From: Catajapyx aquilonaris
Taxonomy: Eukaryota
DNA length: 20,000 nt
Direction: 5' to 3'
NCBI GenBank assembly: GCA_000934665.2
Contig: JYFJ02002020.1
Coordinates: 44,483 to 64,482 of the forward strand
Shown here: positions 9,060-20,000 of the stretch, one piece after another
How the letters are laid out: each line of letters opens with the position of its first letter
How positions within the stretch are numbered: the stretch's first letter is position 1
The notes under the pieces: generated by a model
Database searches by the model: none
The model's input: the letters and a program-made list of their open reading frames with translations, nothing else
Told to the model about the DNA's origin: nothing
Position numbers and translations under genes: made by a program

Positions 9060-12000
9060 TCAATATGTTTCAAGAAGCTTTTGTGAAGGTACTGAGGAGA
9101 GTACTTCATACTCAGGTTGCTTCTTATGGTAGACCATCAGTAACGAAAGTTCGTCTGGATTATGAACTTCTTGTAAATTGGTTTTCTTGCACCTATTTTG
9201 TTCCAGCTGGGATGAAATGGACTTGACTTCTTGGTACACTGGAACAAGCACGATGAATGCAGTGGCGATGTAGGCCCATCCTCTGGAGATGACGGTCCAG
9301 ATGGAGAATCCGTAGGCATCCAGAATGGTGGTACCAAGGAGCATGCATGCAGGCCACAGGATAATGAAGAACACAGCCAGGATGACTGCAGTTACATATG
9401 CAGTCAGAATGGCTGGACGGAACTTCCGAATCACCAGCTCCAGTGGTGGACGGCTTTGGACATCTTTTGGGGAATCAAGTTTGAGCTCATCCTGTTTTGA
9501 AAGGACAATTGATTTACAATCGAATTGTACTCGTATAACACAGGTGAGGCTAACTATGAACCACCCTCATGTCGGTGTGTGCAATGAATTATTATTATTT
9601 TGTGCCAAACTTCACCTGATAAGCTTCAACCCAAGGCGAGAGTGGGTTGTCTATGTTGCGAGTCTTTTCCCATTCGGCTTCCAGTTCCTCAGGTGTCCAC
9701 TTCGGTTTGGTTATTATGGACACCAAGGCACATATTATTCCTCCTGCTCCAATGGACACGACATTGCCAATAAACATGGCATATATCTATATCAAAGAGA
9801 GAAGTTGATTAAATTAACCTTTGTGTGACCTATGGCTATGATATTACATTTCCGGTGTTGTTGATGAAGTCCCCCAACCCCCCTGGCAGAGTGGACGAGT
9901 AAGAGAGCCAGGAGACGATGGCGCAGAGGAATCCTCCGAGGCTTCCAGCGATCATCCCAGAGGAGGTGGCCCTTGTCCAGGTGATGGAGAAGGCGATGGG
10001 GATGACCGCTGCCGAGATGAGGACCCCGATGAAGTAGTAGATCCAGGAGAGGTTGAGCTTGGCGTACCAGGCCAGAAGGGTCAGGACCACGGACAGGACT
10101 GTCCCGTTCACTATCCACCAGTTCTTGTAGGCCAGGAGGTCCTCCAGGTACTCCCTGTACTCCTTGTGCACTGGACACTGGTACCGGAACTTGCCTTTGG
10201 CAGGGGAATGAACTTGGAGGAGTGAGTGGTCCTCCTGTTGTGTACATAATATTAATTAAAGCATTAAAGCATTATAAGATAATGATATAATGTGTTACAC
10301 AGTATCATAGCGCGAATATGGGACTACCAACATTTTGTTTGCCAACATTTTCATAATAATTAATTACCCATTAAAAATTATATGCAGCCAATGAGACAAA
10401 AATACTCGTACCTATGAAGTAGTATAGGAGAGAATTGTTTTTCATACCGTACCTAACTTACCAGTATCTTCACAAGGCCGCCCAATTAAATGTCCCTTAG
10501 CGATTTTTAGTGCTAAGCTGCTAATTTTGAGGCAGATGGAAGTCATCAAAAATATTAGCTCATAATATATAAATTGTGTTGATCCATTTGGAACTTTACT
10601 AAATACATTCCCTTACTTTGCAACCTTCACATTGCGTGGCTGAAAGGCATTGACAGAGTGGCTCGTCGGTCGCATCGAGCATATCCGTCGGCGGATGGAC
10701 GTATTTGGAACAAAGGATGCACTGACCTTCCTTCAAGTCCTCTCGAAAAGGCTTCAGGTATACCTGATAGCAAAGCAAATAATGTTAATTCACCTCTGGG
10801 CATGCTGTCAATATCAACCCAAGTATCAACTGGTAATAACTCTTCACCTGGTATATGTCGTAGACCACAATGGAAGCCACGGCCACAACCTCGGAGGCAC
10901 CTGTGGCCATTACTGCCATCAGTATAAGGACGATCATGATCACTTCTCCCAGCTTGCCCAATAGTTTGTGGCATACAAATGCAGCCACCAATCCTAGATT
11001 TATTTTACCGGAATTAGTAAATGGACGGATAAGAGTGTGTTCTGTTAACTGACCGCTGTCCACTTGGTTGTCTGTGAGCAGCTGTTGTCCGTGGGCCGAG
11101 TTGAGTCCCAGGTAGGCCAGACCCATTGTTGTGGCCAGTCCAAACGGAACCGCAAACCAAGTCACTGCTCCCAGAACAAAGCCCCACACACCCTGGTAAA
11201 GATGTGTGTCTTGGAGTGTGTGTAATGAACTTTCAAAAAAATTGCAACATGGTTCTATAGTACCAAGAGCTAACAACTTATTAGCTCTTGATAGTACGTA
11301 CTATAGTCTCGTACTACAATGTACGTGTTTGCGTCTGATGTTGACAAGACATAATAAGTGTCCTATAATACACTGGGCTCATCGCAGTCTTGAGGTCCAC
11401 ATGTATACTGTACGACCGTATGTCGGGGATATAGGATTACTCATGATTTACTACAACTGATGAGAGCCATTTCAACGTTTTATGTCAACTAACGTTAGTT
11501 ACTGTACAGTACCATCTGTTCAACTGTTCATGCTCAAGCAATCTGATTTTACAGGATCGACTGACAATGACCGATATACCTGATCTTGAATTTATCAGAG
11601 GCGCAGCTATTAATTTTTCATGAAATTAGCAAGGTAATAAGGGTTTTAACCTCTAGGGCTATTAACCTACCTCTAATGGTTTTGCTGCCACCGATTTTTG
11701 CCAATAGGCCTGGTCGCAAAAGACGGCACCGAAGTTACCAACAATGTTGACAATGCCAAAAATGATTCCCTCGGAGGAGTAGAAGGTGAGGTAGCTCTTG
11801 TCCCTGTTTCCTTCTGGCCCTTCCCAACACTCGAGGAAGCCAAACATGGCCTGGCTGCTCCCAAAAGGATTCTTCGGGTTGTCGCTCGGATTGTGGTAAA
11901 CCTCGATGATCAGCCAGCATATCAGGATGTAAATGAGGGCCGTGTTGAAATAAGAGACGTAGAAGGTGGCACCCAGACCACCGATCACAGTGTAGATGGC

Positions 12001-13109
12001 CACTATGCTGGCCAGCATGAATGTGGCCAAGTCAGGGGACAAATCACTCACTAGTCTGTAATGAAGAAAGTAAATAATATTACTGGAAGCGCACCGCGAA
12101 CATGATAAAAATTGAGCATCCTTCGTAACAGCAAGAGGAAAGGACTGACCCGTTAATGACGGCAACGCCTGCTACCATGAGAGCCGTGACAATAATTGCA
12201 TTGGTCAGCAAGGCAAATCCGCAGAAGACCAGGTGTGCTCTTGTCCCAAATCTTGCCCGGATGACCTGTGCAATAAAATAGGATATTACCTTAATGCTTA
12301 TTTTTTATATGAATAAGCAAGTCAGTATGATTTTAACCTGAAGGAATGTCTTGGCTCCTGGAGCTCTGGTTTTAAGCTGGATAGACAAAATGGCAAAGAC
12401 GATAATTTGTATTGTTGCTCCACCAGCGTACCAGTAAGGTCCACTGATTCCAAACTGGAAGAAATTAGAGCTTGTAAATGTTTTCAGTAACTTTTCTGTT
12501 AGTGTGACGCTTTTAACAAAAATGGCAGTGACTTTTTCACCTGCTTTTAAATTTATGTAGGCTAAAACTTACTTTGGCAGCCACAGTGCAGCTCTGCAGC
12601 AACGTTGCAGTCCAGGTCCAGTTGGAGACAATGCAACTGGCAGTCAAGCTCAGAGACACGTTTCCTCCAGCGTCGAATGCAGTGTCCAGGCTGTCCGAAT
12701 CGTGGTACACATGCGTCCGTACCTGAAATCAAAGGAATGTGCAAAATTTCAATTCAAACGTGTAAGATTGAAATTTAAAACAAATGGAATTACTCACCAT
12801 TTGAAATGCGTATGCAATGATGGCCGATATGACTCCGACGACAAGAAAGACAAGAAATCCTTCCCACATTTCCACCGATCCCAATGCATGGGTTGGATCT
12901 ACTTCCACATTATTTCCTCCGAATTGTTGGACCACCCTGTCCTCGCAACCTTCCTTCAAACGTGGGTCGTACACAGGACCAGAAATGGTCGTCGTGTCTG
13001 CATCTTCCTCTGCAGACACCATTTGAGGCACGTCATTCACAATAAACGTCGCAGTTGCACACATGCAACGTGAAATCAGAAAGATTGCCAAAGTAAGAGA
13101 CTTATTCAT
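9060..13109 (-). CDS. DUR3: DUR3-like urea active transporter (SSS family), copy 1, intact, 833 aa (exons 13109-12798, 12722-12573, 12454-12338, 12265-12150, 12055-11671, 11192-11054, 10993-10848, 10763-10617, 10234-9848, 9786-9616, 9491-9060)
   Basis: DUR3 motifs: IVSNWTWTATLLQS, FGISGPYWYAGGATIQ, RAPGAKTFLQVIRARFG, GGLGATFYVSYFNT, NIVGNFGAVFCDQAYWQ, WFAVPF. Ten GT-AG introns with consistent phases, exon sum 2502 nt. Confidence 0.92.
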
Positions 13110-13350
13110 TGCGACCAGAGTACCGTGTAGCTAGTACCCAGCCTGCTCAGAAGACCTTGTACATACAAAGGAGTATGGTACACTGAGAGATCATGTAACT
13201 TGCAGGCAATAAAAATGGATCGAGGAATGGCGTAGAAAAATAATTAGATGTAAAATTCTGCTTCTCCGTATAAAGCATCTAAGTACAGCGGCTCTTTGCA
13301 AGCCACAATTTCCCTTGACATCATATTGTCTGGAAATGATCCTACGTGTG

Positions 13351-13490
13351 CTTCTCACGTTCAAGGTCAGGTTTATAATATTGACCCGTTGCGTAACGCA
13401 AATACTGAAGCCTTCAACGTGAAGAAGCATTGTTATTCGCACAGTTTGACTACATAAATAAATCTCACTTTGTCATGCAATAGACAGCAT
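13351..13490 (-). promoter_or_regulatory. Putative promoter of DUR3 copy 1, conserved upstream of copy 2 (17409-17555)
   Basis: Shared blocks TCAC.TTCAAGGT, CCC.TTGCGTAA.GCAA and TCTCA.TTTGTCATG.AA..GACAGCAT. TATAAA lies on the minus strand at 13377-13372 in copy 1. Confidence 0.55.
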
Positions 13491-13854
13491 CAACTGGCAG
13501 GCACAATGTAGCTGAAGCACAGCTTCTAATAATTATATTGACCAGGTTAATTTATGATTTTTTTTTCGTTATGCATGTAGAGTGTATAGGGATGTTGCTG
13601 TAAGTTACTGAATGGCAGGTTATTGTTGTAGAAGCTGTGGATCTGCAGGAATTAATGCCGGATGTATTTAATATTTTAAATATTTTGAAAGAGTTCCATT
13701 TTGTCCTGTAGGCCCTTGCATAGCACCTTTATTTAGGACAAAATAATGAGGAATACCGTGGTAATTATTGCGTTTTTAAATAATTATTATTTATTCACTG
13801 TACACGCTAGAATCACCTCCACTCGATACATTGCTCTCATGTTGCATACTGTAA

Positions 13855-16800
13855 TTATGATTGTCCAGAGCTGTGGAAATTGTCCCCACACTGCTCACAT
13901 GTCTGGTCAGCCACAGCCACCAACGATTTTTGTTCCAAAGGATCTTGTAGTTTTCTCCCCTTGCATCTGTTTCGCTTCATCTGAGTCCTGATGGCCATTA
14001 CCTCCTGGACCACTGGAGTAAAGACAAAGAAAACGGTAGCAATGTATGTCCACAATTCGGAGACAATGACCCAAGCCGAAAATTCATTTTGGCCCAGAAC
14101 GGTGGTCCATAGAAGCATGCAGCCAGGCCACAGGATGATGTAGAAGACTGTGAGGATGCCTGCTGCCCAATAGGCGATCAGCAAGGACGGACGGAACTTT
14201 CTGACCACCAGCTCTAGAGGCGGACGCTTGTAGACGTCTTTGGAAGTCTCCAGGTCCAAGTCATCCTGTAGCAAAGTTCCGTTATATATGGCGAACCAAA
14301 TGGTCAATCGCACTTGGAAGAACCGTGAAATTACCTGATAAGCTTGAACCCAAGATGAGAGAGGGTTATCTATATGTTGCGAGTCTTCTCCCATTCGGCT
14401 TCCAGCTCCTCAGGTGTCCACTTCGGTTTGGTTACAATGGACACCAAGGCACATATTATTCCTCCTGCTCCCATTGACACCACGTTACCAATGAACATGG
14501 AGTAAATCTGCAGTCATAAAAGGGCTTATTAATATTAGTTCTTCCCGTCAATTACCAGCCCCAGAGGACCTACATTGCCGGTGTTGTTGATGAAGTCCCC
14601 CAACCCCCCTGGCAGAGTGGAGGAGTAAGAGAGCCAGGAGACGATTGCGCAGAGGAATCCTCCGAGGCTTCCAGCGATCATCCCAGAGGAGGTGGCCCTT
14701 GTCCAGGTGATGGAGAAGGCGATGGGGATGACCGCTGCCGAGATGAGGACCCCGATGAAGTAGTAGATCCAGGAGAGGTTGAGCTTGGCGTACCAGGCCA
14801 GAAGGGTCAGGACCACGGACAGGACTGTCCCGTTCACTATCCACCAGTTCTTGTAGCCCAGGAGATCCTCCAGGTACTCCCTGTACTCCTTGTGCACTGG
14901 GCACTGGTACCGGAACTTGCCATGGGCAGCCGGGTGAACTTGGAGGAGTGAGAGGTCCGACTGTTTTGTTTACATATGGGTATAAGACACGGAGATTATA
15001 TCACCATGTCCTAAAGAAATGTATTGTAGTGGTCGTTCCTGCTTACTCTGCATCCTTCACAGTGCGAAGCATCAGAACACTGGCAGAGTTCTTCTATACC
15101 TTCTGGTGTGCCTTTCAATGGACGGATATATTTGGAACATAGAAGACATTGTCCTTCCTGCAGGCCTCTTCTGAAAGGCTTCAGGTACACCTATACAATA
15201 CACATGGTACGTAACAATATTGTTTTTACGCCACTTTCTATGTTGTTGCTTAAATGTTTCCTACCTGATAGACGTCATAAACTACTATGGAAGCCACGGC
15301 CACAACCTCGGAGGCACCAGTAGACATTGCAGCCATCAGAATCAAAATTATCATCATTACTTCTCCCAGCTTTCCCAGAAGTTTGTTTGACACAAAGGCA
15401 GCTACCAATCCTGCAATAAGTGATTGTTATTAATTCTGCAACACTAGAGCAATGTTACATGAATACCGCTGTCCACTTGGTTGTCTGTGAGCAGCTGTTG
15501 TCCGTGGGCCGAGTTGAGTCCCAGGTAGGCCAGACCCATTGTTGTGGCCAGTCCAAACGGAACGGCAAACCAAGTCACTGATCCGATCACAAAGCCCCAC
15601 ACACTCTGGTGAAAAGTCAGTTGCCAATACTGTAGTAGAATCCACCAGAATAGAAAATTTTGCACTTGAAACTTACTTGCACTGGCTTTGAAGCAACTGA
15701 CTTTTGCCATAGTGACTGGTCACAAAATGAGCTAAATCCCGTCACTATGTTCATTATGCCAAACAGAATTCCCTCGGAGGAGTAGAAGGTGAGGTAGCTC
15801 TTGTCCCTGTTTCCTTCTGGCCCTTCCCAACACTCGAGGAAGCCAAACATGGCCTGGCTGCTCCCAAAAGGATTCTTCGGGTTGTCGCTCGGGTTGTGGT
15901 AAACCTCGACGATCAGCCAGCATATCAGGATGTACATGAGGGCCGTGTTGAAATAAGAGACGTAGAAGGTGGCACCCAAACCACCGATCACAGTGTAGAT
16001 GGCCACTATTCCGGCCAGCATGAATGTGGCCAAGTCAGGGGACAAACCACTCACCAAACTGTATTGAAATCAATGACAGTATTTGTTATGAAAATGAACC
16101 AGAGAGTGTACTTGCCCGTTAATTACAGCAACGCCCGCCACCATAAGAGCAATAACAATAATTGCGTTGGTCAGCAAACCAAAACCGCAGAAGACCAGGT
16201 GTGCTGTTTTCCCAAATCTTGCTCGTATGACCTGTAGTAAAATAGAAATATTAATGTCAATTAAATTATTAATATTTTACTTTTATTATCATTACCTGCA
16301 GGTATGTCTTGGCACCTGGCGCCCTAATTTTAAGCTGGGTTGATAGAATGGCAAAGATGATTATTTGAATCGTTGCTCCCGCTGCGTACCAATAGGGTCC
16401 ACTGATTCCAAACTATTTTTTGAAAAAAAATGTAATGGTATACATATGACATGAACTCTGCATTTTTGCAGCCTTGTTGCACTTTTTGCATGTACAAACA
16501 TTCTTAGTGAATAAACATAAAAATTGCTATTGCATTATTAATTAAATATTAGTACTAGATTAGTAGGGGGCCTACTTTATTATGCTATCACTATGTTATA
16601 ATGTCCTTAGTGGTTAGCGATTTTTGGCAATGCACTGCTTATTTTTACTAAATTTTATTACTTTTTCATAGTGGCACATAGTGGTTACGAAAACTCTCAG
16701 GAAATGTTTTCTCCTTACTTTGGCAGCTACAGTACAGCTCTGCACTAACGATGCAGTCCATGTCCAGTTGGAGACAATGCAACTGGCAGTCAAGCTCAGA

Positions 16801-17233
16801 GACACGTTTCCTCCAGCGTTGAATGCAGTGTCCAGGTTATCCGAATCGTGGTACACGTACGTCCGTATCTTAAATTCAAAACATTATTACACATTATTGA
16901 ATAAATATTTAAAAGACTCACCGCTTGAAAGGCGTATGCAACGATGGCCGATATGATTCCGACAACAAGAAAGACAAGAAATCCTTCCCACAATTATACC
17001 GATCCCAATGACAGGGTTTGATCTGCCTCCACATGTCGTAAGTGTTGGACCACCCTGTCCTCGCATCCTTCCTTCAAATGAGGGTCGTACACAAGACCAG
17101 AAATGGTCGTTGTATCGGCTGCAATTTCCTCTGCACACACCGACACCTTTCTAGACATATCATGTTCAAATGTCGCAGTTGTCCTCTTGCATCGGGATAT
17201 GACGATGGTAAAGGTCAAGAAAAGTGAATTCAT
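13855..17233 (-). pseudogene. DUR3: DUR3-like copy 2, disabled (exons 17233-16922, 16868-16719, 16412-16296, 16231-16116, 16058-15677, 15605-15467, 15410-15265, 15190-15047, 14960-14574, 14507-14335, 14265-13855)
   Basis: Same 11-exon layout as copy 1. In-frame TAA at 16996-16994 where copy 1 has GAA. An extra TA at 14371-14374 makes exon 10 173 nt instead of 171 nt and gives an immediate TAG. An alternative upstream ATG lies at 17257. Confidence 0.85.
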
Positions 17234-18100
17234 AAGGACTGAGCTTGTCCAGACCATGCTCAGATGATCTTATGCAGTTCCTTGTACAATGGTACGAGGT
17301 ACACTGAAATATTGTACACACTTTTACGCACAACCGTACTACTATAGAGGAGAGAGCTTTGTTTCTATAGTGAACTTATCAGTCCCTTTTTCACTCCATG
17401 TTACTGTACTTTTCACATTCAAGGTAAGAGTTATCACAGTCCCATTGCGTAATGCAAGAATGAAGCATAAAGCGTGGCTATGAATTATTTTTCGAGCAGT
17501 TTGAATATTTTAAACCGTGTAAGCAAGTCTCATTTTGTCATGAAACTGACAGCATGATGAGGTATACGCAAAATGAAGCGGGGTTACGTCGACTAATATA
17601 ATACACACCTTATAGCAGCAGCAGATTTTTACATTGTCATTATTGCAAGTCATTTTGGATGTAGATATCGGACTACTGTATAATACTCTCCGATAACAAT
17701 GAGGGTAAGTTGGATAGTTCATTTTACAATTTGTTATTCATATGTGTTACTCATATGCATTTTTACATGCGCGTTTATTTTGATTGTTACTCAGAAGTAA
17801 TAAATCGTTAATTAATTCATACGATTAAATATTACCATGTTGAAATTTATTCAAAGATTGCAACAGATTTCAAAAGTGAAACGTCCAATTTTTTGTGCCG
17901 CTAGCGATGCAATGAAAAAAATAACATAAAAATGCTTCAAAAGCAGCCTATAAACATTATGTACTGAACTCAACCGACATTATTGACGGATGACCCAGCA
18001 GTAAGAAACATCCTATAAAATAATTATGAAGTGTAATATATTACTTGAAGCAATAGCAAAGTCAATGGTTAGACACTTCTTATAGCACTGACTCGATGCT

Positions 18101-19865
18101 TCAGCTAATGGTGGTGGTAGAAGTGTTCAGACTGGTCTTGCTGTTGGACGCGTAACGTCCATACATTCCAATCACAGACATGTCAGAGTTGTTCTGACTG
18201 GTGCGGTCATCTTGGTCCTGTCGTCTGTTTCGATTTAGTTGGGCCAAGATGGACACGACCTCCTGGACCACAGGGACGACCACGATGAATCCAGTGGCGA
18301 TGTAGGCCCATCCTCTGGACACCCAGGTCCAAATGGCGAATCCGTAGGCATCCAGAATGGTGGTACCAAGGAGCATGCATGCAGGCCAGAGAATGATGAA
18401 GAACACAGTTAGGATCCCTGCCGACACATACGCCGTCAGTATGGCTGGACGGAACTTTCGAACCACCAGTTCTAACGGAGGACGGTCGGGGGCTTCTACG
18501 GAGGAATCCACTTTCAAATCATCCTGAAAGCAGGTTGCAGTTAAACGCAAAATTTCTTCCAAGCACTGCCTCTCTTGTAGCATAATAAGCCAGAGAAAAA
18601 CTGTGCAAACCTGATAAGCCTGAACCCATGGTGACAGTGGGTTGTCTATGTTGCGAGTCTTCTCCCATTCGGCTTCCAATTCCTCTGGTGTCCACGTCGG
18701 TTTGGTTATTATGGACACCAGTACACATATTATTCCTCCTGCACCCATGGACACCACGTTACCAATGAACATGGAGTATATCTGATTTTTAAAAAGTCGC
18801 TTGAAAAATTATGTACACTTTATGGTAGATGCAAAATGGACAGTACATTCCCGGTGTTGTTGATGAAGTCCCCTAATCCTCCTGGGAGAGTGGAGGAGTA
18901 GGACAGCCACGAGATTATGGCGCAGCTTAATCCTCCAACACTTCCAACAATCATTCCGGATGATGTAGCTCTAGTCCAGGCTACACAAAATGAGATGGGG
19001 ATGACCGCTGCAGAGATGAGGACCCCGATGAAGTAGTAGATCCAGGAGAGGTTGAGCTTGGCGTACCAGGCCAGAAGGGTCAGGACCACGGACAGGACTG
19101 TCCCGTTCACTATCCACCAGTTCTTGTAGGCCAGGAGGTCCTCCAGGTACTCCCTGTAGTCCTTGTGCACTGGGCACTGGTACCGGAACTTGCCATCGGC
19201 AGCCGAGTGAACTAGGAGGCGTGAGCGGTCTTCCTGTTGAAGAAGATTGAGCATGTTCTAAAATAATGTGAACTATTAGAAGAAAAGAACATGCTCTATA
19301 TCCACTACTTACTTTGCACCCATTACAATAGGCAGCGGCGGGACACTGGCAAAATGTTACCGCATTTGGTGTTTCATGTACTGGTGGATGAAGATATTTT
19401 GAACATAGAACACATTGGCCTTCCTGCAGGCCCTTTCGGTACGGCTTCAGGTACACCTGGCCATATGAAAATATATTAGTAAAACTCATTCGACTTGATT
19501 CCGTTATATTATCACCTGATATATGTCATACACCACAATGGAAGCCACTGCCACAACCTCGGAGGCTCCTGTAGACATGACTGCCATCAGTATGAGGACG
19601 ATCATGATCAGTTCACCGACCTTGCCCAATAGTTTATGGCATACAAATGCAGCAACCAATCCTAGGATTTTTTTATCACTGATAATAAACGGACACAATC
19701 ATATTATGGTGGTTTTGTTAACTGACCGCTGTCCACTTGGTTGTCTGTGAGCAGCTGTTGTCCGTGGGCCGAGTTGAGTCCCAGGTAGGCCAGACCCATT
19801 GTTGTGGCCAGTCCAAACGGAACAGCAAACCAAGTCACTGCTCCCAGAACAAAGCCCCACACACC
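18101..19865 (-). CDS. DUR3: DUR3-like copy 3, 3' part (exons 6-11: 19865-19727, 19661-19516, 19456-19313, 19233-18847, 18781-18611, 18523-18101); 5' exons beyond window end
   Basis: Exon sizes 139/146/144/387/171/423 match the paralogues, there are no stops or frameshifts in the visible exons, and the introns are GT-AG. Confidence 0.88.
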
Positions 19866-20000
19866 CTGTTCAAGAAATGCAGTGTTATAGAGGAGACTCG
19901 TTTATAATGGGGAACTAGCCTTCATTTTGGAAACTACATAATAAATTCGCCCATATTTTTTGGATTTTTTTGGCATATTCCGTTTTAAGATATCAGTTCC

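Noticed and set aside
10235..10616. Enlarged intron 8 (and intron 5, 11193-11670) of DUR3 copy 1 as TE insertions
   Set aside because: They are longer than the paralogous introns, but I found no convincing TIRs or TSDs.
16994..16996. Stop-codon readthrough or alternative genetic code to explain the in-frame TAA
   Set aside because: It is a single instance, the same gene also has a frameshift, and neighbouring genes use the standard code.
9060..20000. Recent horizontal transfer or fungal/plant contamination as the source of DUR3
   Set aside because: Multiple introns of the same style as the flanking animal genes and contiguity with CCDC81. Ancient transfer cannot be judged without a phylogeny.
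1..20000. Prokaryotic systems (CRISPR arrays, operons, IS elements), tRNA or rRNA genes
   Set aside because: The window is intron-containing eukaryotic DNA, with no spacer-repeat array or structural RNA signature seen.

Overview
Compact eukaryotic (animal, probably invertebrate/arthropod-like) genomic window with short spliceosomal introns. From left to right: a decayed hAT-type DNA transposon and a 148-bp palindrome inside an intron of ARL13B (last two coding exons at 1534-2430, +); ISCU (4 exons, -, convergent with ARL13B); a ~520-bp divergent promoter with DRE-like and X-box-like motifs; CCDC81 (8 exons, +, 4149-8799) with an intronic Tc1/mariner-type MITE and a G-U-rich intronic hairpin; then a tandem array of at least three DUR3-like urea-transporter (solute:sodium symporter fold) genes on the minus strand. 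Copy 1 is intact (11 exons, 833 aa), copy 2 carries a nonsense codon and a 2-bp frameshift, and copy 3 runs off the window end. The array shows patchwork exon-restricted homogenisation, a conserved Cys/His-rich loop insertion and a signal-peptide-like N-terminus. Exon models were built by hand from splice sites and frame; family names come from recalled motifs, not database searches.
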